A DNA stretch of 20,946 bases from Octopus sinensis (Eukaryota): contig NW_021823833.1 in the NCBI RefSeq assembly GCF_006345805.1, forward strand, positions 1 to 20,946. The letters are read 5' to 3'. Position 1 is the stretch's first letter; every line of letters begins with the position of its first letter. This document shows, one piece after another, positions 1 to 10,436 of this stretch. The translations under genes and the position numbers were made by a program. The notes beneath the pieces are model-generated. The model was not told the DNA's origin. It worked only from the letters and a program-made list of their open reading frames with translations, and ran no database searches.

Positions 1-88
1 GTGATACCTAATTCGCCACTCAGGTGGGGAAACAGGCATAACAACTTCTTAAAGGTGGGGGCGTTATAAAAATAGTTAAGTACCACTG
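1..88 (-). mobile_element. End of a hAT-like non-autonomous DNA transposon (runs off the window)
   Basis: The reverse complement from 88 reads CAGTGGTACTTAACTATTTTT, resembling the CAGTGGTTCTCAACCTTTTT terminus common to metazoan hAT MITEs. No partner TIR or TSD is visible. Confidence 0.4.
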
Positions 89-460
89 ATAGAAATAGAT
101 TAGTAGAAATCCATGGTAAACTAATAAGGGAATTATATCTGTATTGTGGTATATATGAATGAATAGAGGTTGTATATAGTGTATGTATGGACGTTTTATA
201 TCCTTCTATACGTTGGATATACAGATTTCACAAAGCAGGGATAGACAGAACTGTCTTCACACGATGTACTTCAAATTACTCCACTAAACATGATACTCCA
301 CTAAATACAACTCTCACAATCTCAAAGACTTCCTATGACTCCCACAACTCTCAATGACTCCTCCGACTCCTCAGTCACAACCAATCCGCTACACTTTATA
401 AGAGTTCAGACAGTCCGTTCGGCCAATCCAACAGGGGTTGTCATGACTCTCGCCACAACA

Positions 461-960
461 ATGTATGTATGTATGTATGTTGTATGTATGTATGTATGTA
501 TGTATGTATGTATGTATGTATGAATGTATGTATGTATCTATGAATGTATGTATGTATGTATGTATTTAATTTATGTAATGTATGTATTGAATGTATGTAT
601 GTATGAATGTAGTATATATGTATGTAATGAATGTTGTATATATGTATGTATGAATGTATGATGTATGTATGTTATGTGTATGTGTATGTATGTGTGTATG
701 TGTGTATGTATGTATGTATGAATGTATGATGTATGTATGTATGTTATGTATGTATGTATGTATGTATGAATGAATGTATGCATGTATGTATGTATGTATG
801 TATGTATGAATGTATGTATGAATGTATGTATGTATGTATGTATGAATGAATGTATGCATGTATGTATGTATGTATGTATGTGTGTGTGTATGTATGTATG
901 TATGTATGTATGTATGTATGTATGTATGTATGTATGTATGTATGTATGTATGTGTGTATG
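461..960. repeat. (TATG)n microsatellite, degenerate
   Basis: About 500 bp of TATG units with TGAA/TG variants, read directly. Confidence 0.97.
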
Positions 961-1069
961 TATTCTCATTTGTCTTTTTAATTTAGAACAATTTCTGACC
1001 GGCCACCTTTCTCGTAGCAATGTTGTGAAAGAAAGCATCTTGTTTTAACTATCAGCCTTTAAAACTTAA

Positions 1070-1554
1070 CACTTTGAACCCCAGATACCCCGTTGTCGGC
1101 ACCCTCACCCCAGGTTCCCTGGGTAAGAGAACCTAAAAAGAAAAATGGATTTCTCACCTAATATTGTTTCAGTGTCACAAAAATGCATTTTCAGTCTGTC
1201 ATATTGAAATAAAATACTAAATAGAGGGCAAAATTGTCCTTACCACTTTTTTTTTGGAAGGGGGGGGGGGGTTATGTGGCGCCAGTCGAGCCAGCATTTA
1301 CTGTCTGGTTTTTCAATGCAGAGGAACGCCTCACAATATTTGCATCTGTATGCAGCGGGAGCAGCTTCAATTATCGAAAAGTACTTCCTGTGACAAGCCG
1401 ACGATCAGATGCAACAACGTCGCTAATTGGCCGAGGAGTTGTTACGCTATATGTTTGCCAACAGTACAACGTGGTAGCCAGTAAAGCGACCACCGGGGTA
1501 CTTGAATCTGCGGCTGGCAACCGAAATAGTGACCACTGGGGTTCTGAGGGTTAT
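1070..1554 (-). mobile_element. piggyBac-like transposon right-end remnant (C-terminal Cys-rich domain plus putative terminus)
   Basis: Minus-strand translation of about 1275-1500 gives RFTGYHVV..RRCCI*SSACHRK..YRCKYCEAFLCIEKPDSKCWLDWRH, matching the piggyBac/PGBD C-terminal pattern (RRC..C...RK...Y.C..C...LC....C...H) with in-frame stops. TTAA at 1066-1069 is followed by CACTTTGAACC, consistent with a TTAA-flanked end. Confidence 0.55.
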
Positions 1555-2057
1555 AGTTTTGCAGATTTTTATAGTCCCAGATATTTTGATCATATGGAGC
1601 ATATGAATTAAGGATTTGCGTTCAGCCACACTTTGTTCCAGACGGGTTGGTATGTATCCTGTTCTCCGATAATAACAGGTATGAAACTGAAAATGTATCT
1701 TGGGTACTGGATTTGCAAACTGCCTATCAAAGGTCCATAGATTTCCTCTTTCTCTTGTATTTTTCGAACCACTTTGGAGCCCAGATTTCCACAACAGGGC
1801 ACACCTCTTTCTTGTGGTCCTACACAACAATATCCGGCCAATTGTATTTGAACTTGGTAGCTCTTTAAATTTTAAGCTCTACCAATATTTTTTCACCCAT
1901 CAGTTTCAATGTAGTAAACTTCGTCTGCAGTGTTTTCTTTTTTTTATTATCCTGTTTCAGGCAGATCTGGCCATCGCCTTACCACATGGGAAGAGAATAC
2001 CTAGAAAATATTCTCTCGCAGTTGGCTATAATATAGCTGATGCCTTCAATCTAGGCC
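1555..2057 (-). mobile_element. Degenerate R4/Dong-type non-LTR retrotransposon 3' fragment (zinc-knuckle remnant plus RLE endonuclease)
   Basis: Frameshifted minus-strand pieces EGISYIIANCERIFSRYSLPM / KYNWPDIVV*DHKKEVCPVVEI / KIQEKEEIYGPLIGSLQIQYPRYIFSFIPVIIG / SGTIKICKT are collinear with the better preserved element at 19385-20671. Confidence 0.8.
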
Positions 2058-2190
2058 TGTATGTATATCTGTCTGTCTGTCTGCCTGTCTGTCTGTCTGC
2101 CTGCTTGTCTGTCTGTCTGTCTGTATGCATGTATGTATGTATGTATGTATGTATGTATGTATGTATCTTTGTATGTATGCATGTATGTAT
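2058..2190. repeat. (TCTG)n(TATG)n compound microsatellite
   Basis: Direct reading. Confidence 0.95.
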
Positions 2191-2214
2191 GTTAATATTT
2201 AGTTTTATCAAGGG

Positions 2215-2416
2215 TAGCGAGCTGCCAGAATCTTTAGCATGTTGGGCAAAATGTTTTGCAGTATGCGACATCTCGTCCTTTACGTTCTGAGTTCAAATTC
2301 CGCCGAAGTCGGGTTTGCCTTTCAGAGCTCGGTAAAATAAGTACCAGTGGAACAATGGATTCCATGTAATCGACTTAAAAATCGATATTGCTGGCCTTGA
2401 GCTAAAATTTGAAACC
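2215..2416 (+). mobile_element. tRNA-derived SINE family B (Deu/Nin-like central domain), diverged
   Basis: GCGAGCTGCCAGAATC head, GAGTTCAAATTCC B-box, GTAAAATAAGTACCAG and CCAAAATTTGAAACC-type tail, shared with the copies at 16835 and 17041. Confidence 0.8.
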
Positions 2417-2438
2417 ACTGCTTTTTTTTTATTTCTAG

Positions 2439-2605
2439 ACTTTTTGCCCATAGACGAGGAACCGGTTTCTAACTTAAATCCAAGGTTGTACAGAGCAGAG
2501 AAGCCAGCCATCACCAAATTTTCTCCGAAGAAAATAGAGATAACTATTAACCAGTATTCTCCATTTTTGATATCTTGCATTGTTTGGACTGAAAAGAATA
2601 CTTAA
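2439..2605 (+). other. Candidate terminal coding exon (unverified)
   Basis: Strong acceptor-like CTTTTTTTTTATTTCTAG (AG at 2437-2438), then 54 open non-repetitive codons FLPIDEEPVSNLNPRLYRAEK...VWTEKNT to TAA at 2603-2605. No recognised homology. Confidence 0.25.
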
Positions 2606-2668
2606 AACATGTATTATATATATATTATATATCAGACAGTGTTTTGTGAAAACTCTACTAGTTTGAGG

Positions 2669-2798
<130 letters not shown>

Positions 2799-2826
2799 TG
2801 TTGTTACTGTTTGTTTTTATGTTCAG

Positions 2827-2942
2827 TTTGCGTACTGGAGCGGATTACTGCTATCTCTAGCGGACGGATGTCCACCTCTGAGAATGAACACAAATAGCTC
2901 GAAGCCGTACGGTCAGGTGGTCCCGTCATCTGCTTGAAGATG
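2827..2942 (+). other. Candidate exon (possibly 5'UTR ending in ATG)
   Basis: TTGTTTTTATGTTCAG acceptor (AG at 2825-2826) and GAAGATG|GTAAGG donor (GT at 2943). The interior is CpG-rich and non-repetitive, and all three frames contain stops. Confidence 0.3.
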
Positions 2943-3159
2943 GTAAGGGTTCGCTCCCCTGCTTGTAATATATATCGGGTGCAGATTGCTTCGACGACCA
3001 GCTGAAGGGGGCTTTCATTTCATATAGACATTTTCTAACAAACTACTTTGCTTGTTATAATAAAACCAATTTTATATTAACCTGATGGGTTGCTCTATAC
3101 TTTTGTTGAGAACAAATTTATTATTTTTAAACAGGAATATCGTTGTAGTAAAGATTATT

Positions 3160-3350
3160 TGCCAACATAACATGGCAGTCCTGGTTTAGGACGAATGTTG
3201 CTGTAATTTGTGTGAATGTTGCTGGCTATACGACACAATTTGTGTCCTTATATTTTCGAACTAGGGAATCTAGCACCCTCACTCAGCTCAAATAACCCGG
3301 AAATCGCGATACACAGATATTGTTTTGAGCTGAGTGGGGTTGCTACTACT
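3160..3350 (+). repeat. Probable interspersed repeat with a 22-bp inverted repeat near its 3' end
   Basis: TAGCACCCTCACTCAGCTCAAA (3271-3292) pairs with TTTGAGCTGAGTGGGGTTGCTA (3324-3345), followed by a short CTACTACT tail. Family not assigned. Confidence 0.45.
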
Positions 3351-3473
3351 GTTCCTGAATATCTCTCGTTGTGAGATTTACAAATAGTAATTTTCTAAGA
3401 ATGTTGTTGATTGTGACTTCGAAGTTTTAGCCGGTTAAGCCATCGTCGTAAATATATTAATGGTTTCTTTAAG

Positions 3474-3600
3474 TTTCCGTGTTTCTGTCTACCAAATTCA
3501 CTCGCACGGTGACCTGGAGCTCTAGTAGAAGACACTTGCCAAAGGAGCTCCCAGTGGAACTGAACCTGAGACCAGGTGTTTCTTAAACAATCTTCTTAGC
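3474..3600 (-). mobile_element. SINE family A 5' fragment
   Basis: GTTTCTGTCTACCAAATTCACTC..TAGTAGAAGACACTTGCCAAAGG..GTGGAACTGAACC is the reverse complement of the family A head and core. Confidence 0.75.
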
Positions 3601-3823
3601 CCCTCACCGAGAATATCAAGGGGGCTCGGCTGTAATTCGAACTCAGAACGCTGTGAACTATTTCAGGCTAACAATGCAGTTGAATACCATAGCCCGGTGA
3701 GCTGGTGAGTCAACGTTACACCCTCCCACCACACCTCGTATAATACTAAAAATATTATATGTCTCGTACGTATGAGGGGATGAGGGAGGGGCGAATATAT
3801 TTATGATCTCGGTGTGCGGGCGG

Positions 3824-3894
3824 TAGAGACGAGAGAAAGAAAGAAAGAGAGGGAGATAGTGAGAGAGAGAGAGAGAGCAATGCAATACATATAT

Positions 3895-3953
<59 letters not shown>

Positions 3954-4058
3954 CGCACACATTAAGAGAGAGACTTGTATATATAGATATGGACATATAA
4001 AATATACAAATATATAGAGATGTTATCTGGAGACCATGTGCGTATAAATGTCTGTGTG

Positions 4059-4094
<36 letters not shown>

Positions 4095-4101
4095 TATATA
4101 C

Positions 4102-4133
<32 letters not shown>

Positions 4134-4540
4134 GTACATACCTACATATACGTATGTACATATTCATATATATATACACACAAATATACACATTTGTTTG
4201 TATATATGTGTGGGTGCGTGTATATATACATACATACATACATACATACATATGTATATATATATATAATACCATTTAGAAATTTGATATAATTATATCC
4301 ATGCACGTATACAATGTATACTTATACACGCACACACACACATACACACATACATACATTCACACAAACATACATACACACATACATATATACACAAATA
4401 CATACACGCATACATACATAGATACACACGTACATAGATACACACATACATAAATACACACATACACACATGCATACATGCACGCATATATACACACACA
4501 TAAATACACATTCATACAGACACACATACATACACATAGA
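3824..4540. repeat. Compound (GA)n/(GT)n/(TA)n/(CATA)n microsatellite block
   Basis: Direct reading. Confidence 0.93.
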
Positions 4541-4569
4541 TCTATTCCCTATGGCTACTTTTATTTCTA

Positions 4570-4863
4570 TCGGTACCCTTTCCTCCGCTACCATCACCAT
4601 CACCATCACCATCACCATCATCATCACCATTTCCACCATCGCCACCATCGCCGAAACTATGACCACTAACATCATCATCACCACCACCACCACCACCATC
4701 ACGATGATGGTGATGATGATGATTATCATTATTATTATTATCATCATCATTATCATCGTCATCGTCATCATCGTCATCATCACCTCCTCCACCACCACCA
4801 CCAATACCACCACCACCACCATTTTTTACAAGCAACTGCAACACTCACTACCACCATCACCAG

Positions 4864-4899
<36 letters not shown>

Positions 4900-5109
4900 G
4901 ACCACTAGTACTCAATAGTTAGCATTCAAATCGTAAGCGGCCTCAGTTGCGACCATCGCAACGCAAGACAACCAGAATATAAAACAAATAATTGAAATAA
5001 ATTTCTGCTCGAGTGAAGGACAAGCAACAGACACTGGCCCACCTGCTACCATCCAGCATCAATCAAAAGAGTCCGTTTAGATCCGTTTCATTCTTTCGAT
5101 CAGTAGCTA

Positions 5110-5162
<53 letters not shown>

Positions 5163-5272
5163 GCCGCTGCTGCTGCTGCTGCTGTTGATGACGATGACAA
5201 TGACGATGATGACGGTGACGGTGATGGTGATGATGACGGTGATGATGATGCTGATGGCGATGATGATGACGG

Positions 5273-5316
<44 letters not shown>

Positions 5317-5434
5317 GTGATGGTGGTGGTGGTAGTGACGGTGATGACGGTGATGATGATGATGATGAGGATGATGGTGATGATGAGGATGAGAGTGATG
5401 ACGATGATGATGGTGGTGGTGGTGGTAGTGACGG

Positions 5435-5467
<33 letters not shown>

Positions 5468-5655
5468 CGCAAATGATGACGATGGCGACGATGATGATAA
5501 CAATGATGATGATGGCATTCATAATCATAGTGTTTATAGCGGTGGTAGTGGTTGTGGTGGTGGAGGTGACGATCATGATGGCTGTGGTGGCCGTAGTGGT
5601 GATAGAGGTGATGGTTGTGAGATGTGGTGACGACGACGATGATGATGATGATGAT
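4570..5655. repeat. Trinucleotide repeat block: (CAC/CAT/CTA)n, a unique spacer at about 4915-5105, then (GCT)n(GAT/GAC/GGT)n
   Basis: Direct reading. It explains the poly-H/I/T/A/D/M/S ORFs in all six frames. Confidence 0.93.
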
Positions 5656-6139
5656 GCTGTTATCTCTTAGACGCGTCGTTCCCAACCGCCCAACAAACCA
5701 TCAAGCCAGCCCACCGGTCAACTGATAAGTCGGGCAAATTTGGTCCCAGACTCCCTCCCTCATTGAATACCCCGTCACCGCCACCACCACCAAAACCACA
5801 ACCATTGATGCCCCTAAGATCGGGTTGTACAGCCACAACCAACACTACCACCACGGCTACTACTACTACTACTACTACTACTACCGTAACCACAACTATC
5901 ACCCCCACCAACACCACAACCAACACCCCATTTTTGCCTCCTCCCTCTTCTTCCCACTATCAACTTGCCCATCTTCTTGCCATATCTTCCTCTCCACACC
6001 CCTCCATCCACTGATTCCCAACAGACTCGGCCCTGCCCCCATCTAACTCTACCTCCCGCTATCCCTCTTCAGATAGCACCCTACCAGTGCTGGATCGTAA
6101 TTGTAATTGGCAATTATTATCAAGTGTGTTTTATGTGTA

Positions 6140-6555
<416 letters not shown>

Positions 6556-6976
6556 GTACATATAGAAGCACCACCTGTTTTATTTTGTGTTTGTACGTAT
6601 TTTAGATAACGGAGTGTTTGGTTGGTAGCTGGCGCTTTGCTTGTATCGGTTATCATTCAATATGGAAGATAGTAGTGGGGAGGTTGGATGTAGTGGTGGT
6701 GGCAGCGACGGCGGTGACAATGGCGGCGATGGGGATGTAGGTGGGTGTGGTGCTTGCGGTAACGATCGTGGTAGTGATTGTAGTGGCGTCCAGTTGGCGT
6801 GGCTTTGGTGGTAGTAGCGATTATTCAAGTAAGGTAGTTAGTTGTGATGTTTGGGTCGTGATGTTACAGTAGTTCTTTTGGTTGTGTTTGTGATAGTAGT
6901 AGTGTCGGTAGTGCTGGTGGTGGTGGTGGTGGTCGTCGTCGTCGTCGTCGTGTGGTGGCGGTGGTGAGGATGGTAT

Positions 6977-7146
6977 TGTCATTGTGTTACCACCAGCTTT
7001 ATAAACCTGTTCTCGCTCCTTCTCTGCTCAACATTTTGAGCATTTAGCTCCTTGTTATACCTAAATATATATCACTTATACGACATATCACCCACCCTCG
7101 TGTAAGTTATCATTCGGTTCAGTTTTTCTGCCTTAGTTTCTCTTGT
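6977..7146 (-). mobile_element. Second copy of the RTE 3' end (stop codon plus 3'UTR)
   Basis: Collinear with 7264-7420, with substitutions and a 13-bp extra AGCTTTATAAACC. It includes the equivalent TAA (plus-strand TTA at 7133-7135). Confidence 0.65.
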
Positions 7147-7263
7147 AGTAGTCTCAGTAATGGTTGTGGTGATGGTGGTGGTGGTGGTAACAGTAAAAAT
7201 GATACTGCTGATGGTGGTGGTGGTGGTGGTGGTGGTGGTGATGGTGGTGGTGCGAATGGTGTC

Positions 7264-7670
7264 GTCATTGTGTTACCACCTGTTCTTGCTCCATCTCTGC
7301 TCAACATGTTGAGCATTTAGCTCTTTGTCATGCCTAGCTATATTACTCTCATACAATATATCAACCACCCCCGTGTAAGTTATCATTCGCTTCAGTTTTT
7401 CAGCCTTAGTTTTTCTTGTTCTTTCGACCATATTGGGCAGAAAACTGACGCCACTAGTTTCCGTTGGCTGCAATTTTCTCTGTATCTGACCATGTGATAC
7501 TAGTTTCTCACATGTCGGTTACCAATGTTATACGCCATTTTCTTTTCGGTCTTCCTTTTTTTCCTCTTCGGTGATGTCCATTTGGAACCTGTTTTAGAAT
7601 AGCATCCTTCTGGTAACCGGCATATATTAACTATCAATGATACTCTTATAAACCACTGCATTACTCGAAA
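7264..7670 (-). mobile_element. RTE-type LINE 3' remnant (ORF C-terminus plus 3'UTR)
   Basis: Minus-strand translation NICRLPEGCYSKTGSKWTSPKRKKGRPKRKWRITLVTDM*ETSITWSDTEKIAANGN*WRQF fits the RTE C-terminal motif (W.P.G.R..GRP...W...D......W.....A.DR..WR). The stop is at 7406-7408. Confidence 0.7.
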
Positions 7671-7990
7671 ATCTTATACACGAATCACATAATTGTTTCG
7701 AACTCTCGCTGATGTCAAACAACGAGACAGAGAACAAATCAACAAGAAAGGCGGGGAGAGAGAGAGAAAGAGAAGAGAGAAAGAATGAGACAGAGAGAGA
7801 AAGAGGAGAGAAAGATAGAAGGGAAGGAGAGAGAGATTCTATGTAGTCGCTTAACCTGAAGGAATAAAAATTAAATCTGTTCCAAAAGATGTCTTGTCAT
7901 CAAGTGAATAGAAAAGGCACGTTGAAAGGGAAAAAGAGACAGCATGATCACCGACGAAGGCCATTTGACCAGGCCTGACTTGGGGTTATA

Positions 7991-8007
7991 CATCATCATC
8001 ATCATCA

Positions 8008-8044
<37 letters not shown>

Positions 8045-8117
8045 TATTACTATTACTATTATTACTATTATTACTATTATTACTATTATTATTATTATTA
8101 TTACTATTATTATTATT
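7991..8117. repeat. (CAT)n(TAT/TAC)n tract, i.e. (TAA)n-type on the minus strand
   Basis: Direct reading. Confidence 0.97.
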
Positions 8118-8669
8118 GAGTGAGTGAGCAGAGCATGCCATCAAAGTGACACTGGGGTAAAATATACGAAGCCCAGTATACCCATCATGACTACCCGTCT
8201 GATAAGGGTACACCAGGCACATGCATCACAACCATATGTGCACGACATGGTGATCTCATATCAAGATAAAAAGCACATGACCTTGCAGGTGGAGCCCAGT
8301 TAGAATTTCTTCAGATCGAGTAACCATCCCGCTCAAAGGTCCCTGAATAGGGTTGTTTAAGGACGTTGAACGAAACACCCATGTTTCCCAGAGGAGAATC
8401 ATTCAAACCCCAAGAATCCTTCTCAACACATGGCTATGATGCTCCCCCACTACTTCTGCTCGTGATCAGAGATGCACATATCGTCAGCCACTAAGGGACA
8501 TGCTCAACTGGTTAAGGTCAAACAACTGACAAGCAAATCTGTGGTATTGAGCAGAATATTTGCTGTAGCCCATCTTTTATACCAAGACAAAACAATGTAC
8601 ATGATAACACTTCCAATCAGTTAAGATCAGAAGCCATGAGAGCCACTGCCTGGTACTGCATCAGGGCAC
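8118..8669. mobile_element. Non-coding 552-bp element X embedded between (TAA)n tracts; likely a retroelement 3'UTR or non-autonomous derivative
   Basis: Complex sequence with sharp junctions to TAT repeats on both sides (ATTATT|GAGTGAGTG..CAGGGCAC|TTATTA). No convincing ORF and no tRNA head. Orientation is not established. Confidence 0.55.
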
Positions 8670-8703
<34 letters not shown>

Positions 8704-8759
8704 TATTATATTATTATTATTATTATTACTATTATTATTATTATTACTATTATTATTAC

Positions 8760-8828
<69 letters not shown>

Positions 8829-8896
8829 TATTATTATTATTATTTTTATTATTATTATTTTTATTATTTTTATTATTATTATTTTTATTTTTATTA

Positions 8897-8944
<48 letters not shown>

Positions 8945-8953
8945 TTATTATTA

Positions 8954-9003
<50 letters not shown>

Positions 9004-9015
9004 ATTATTATTATT
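8670..9015. repeat. (TAT)n microsatellite, about 345 bp
   Basis: Direct reading. Confidence 0.98.
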
Positions 9016-9459
9016 CAGTTGTCTTATTTTTATCACGTGCTTTCACTGCACCACCGAGCGCAGCGCTGTGTGCCATTGATATGTGCTGTGGTTTGTTGTG
9101 ATGCTCTTATAATTACTATATTGAAAGTGTTTTACGTAGGATGTGTGCAGTGCCTAGTAATGCTATTTTCTCAATGTTATATATAATTGTTAGTTCTTGT
9201 GTTTTTGTTATGTATTTGTCTGAATGTTTTGTTTTTTATCATACCTAATGCGCCTACAATAATTGCAATTCTTTCTGTTTTTAAACCCCACATTCGAGTT
9301 ACCTATATTTCCAGATTTTTGTATTTTGAAAGTTTCTCCGTTTCTTTTAGAGAAACGTTGTCATCTGTTGGTATTGATACAATGATTAGAAAGCTTTTTA
9401 CTTGGTGATCTCTGACAACTATATCCGGCCTATTGGCCTTAATTTCTCTATCTGTGTGT
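9016..9459 (-). mobile_element. 5'-truncated R4/Dong-type element (RLE domain, 3'UTR, (TAA)n tail)
   Basis: HTDREIKANRPDIVVRDHQVKSFLII.SIPTDDNVSLKETEKLSKYKNLEI*VTRMWGLKTERIAIIVGALGMIK..IEKIALLGTAHILRKTLSI* (stop at 9116-9118), with the RPD..KYxxL RLE signature. The 100-nt UTR runs straight into (AAT)n. Confidence 0.88.
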
Positions 9460-9494
<35 letters not shown>

Positions 9495-9551
9495 TATCAT
9501 CATCATTATCATCATCATTATTATTATTATTGTTGTTGTTGTTGTTGTTGT
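9460..9551. repeat. (CAT)n(TAT)n(GTT)n tract
   Basis: Direct reading. Confidence 0.97.
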
Positions 9552-9898
9552 TTTTTCCTTCCTTCTTCAAATTTTCTTCCATTTCTCGCCGAGTGTTTAC
9601 CGTACACCAAGGGCAGAGAAGCTCATTGTATGCATTCCCAGATTACACACGCAAATTCACAGGAAAAGTATGTATTTAAAAAAATTTATTAATAAATTCA
9701 TGAATGGATGTTGTTTTCACAGTGATAATGCTCTTCTCAGTACATGAATCGTTCCAGTTAACACGATTTTTTGCACTTCCTGTAGGGATGGTAAGCCTGG
9801 TATCATTTTCAAATAGGTTTCAGTACCATTTTTATCATTCCTAGATATCCTACAATCACTACTACTGTAGTCGCCTTGAGATGCCACATTTTTTCAAT
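9552..9898 (-). mobile_element. Second 5'-truncated R4/Dong-type element of a different subfamily (C-terminus plus 3'UTR)
   Basis: IEKMWHLKATTVVVIVGYLGMIKNGTETYLKMIPGLPSLQEVQKIVLTGTIHVLRRALSL* (stop at 9717-9719) is homologous to the end of the 9016-9459 element. It has a different UTR ending in (CAA)n(TAA)n. Confidence 0.85.
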
Positions 9899-9909
9899 TA
9901 TTATTATTA

Positions 9910-9976
<67 letters not shown>
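9897..9976. repeat. (TAT)n tract
   Basis: Direct reading. Confidence 0.97.
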
Positions 9977-9977
<1 letters not shown>

Positions 9978-10237
9978 TTTCTTTTATATTACCACCAGAC
10001 CATCGGATGAGGAAGGCATTACAAAGACAGTTTTCAATTTGTGCGTGGTTTTATAGAAATGATGAAGAGGGGAAAGAAGGGGAAAGGAGATGCAAAATAT
10101 ACATAGAATACAAACTATGAATGGTATAGGAGAACTTGGAACTAGGGCCAATCAAGGGGCCTCAAGTCCAGGATTGCCCTGACCACCAAGCGCACGAACC
10201 ATCGCCCAATAGTTGTTTCCCAGTCTACAGGGGCATG
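9977..10237. other. Unclassified 260-bp unit Y between trinucleotide tracts
   Basis: Complex sequence bounded by (TAT)n and (TAG)n. It contains the near-perfect inverted repeat AGGGCCAATC..GATTGCCCT. Confidence 0.3.
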
Positions 10238-10238
10238 T

Positions 10239-10289
<51 letters not shown>

Positions 10290-10404
10290 CGGTGGTGGTG
10301 GTATTTGTGGCGGCAAGAAGAAGAAGAAGAAGAAGAAGAAGAAGAAGAAGAAGAAGAAGAAGAAGATGAAGAAGAAGAAGATGAAGAAGAAGAAGAAGAA
10401 GAAG

Positions 10405-10436
<32 letters not shown>

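Noticed and set aside
5013-5630. 205-aa poly-Ala/poly-Asp ORF
   Set aside because: It is built from (GCT)n and (GAT)n tracts, and overlapping frames on both strands are equally open.
8420-8500. Possible hammerhead ribozyme (CTGACGA on the minus strand in element X)
   Set aside because: By eye there is no correctly placed GAAA, stem II or NUH cleavage triplet.
9786-9790. Apparent 5-nt microexon (TTCCTGTAG|GGATG|GTAAGC)
   Set aside because: It lies antisense within the coding remnant of the R4/Dong element, and the sequence is fully explained by that element.
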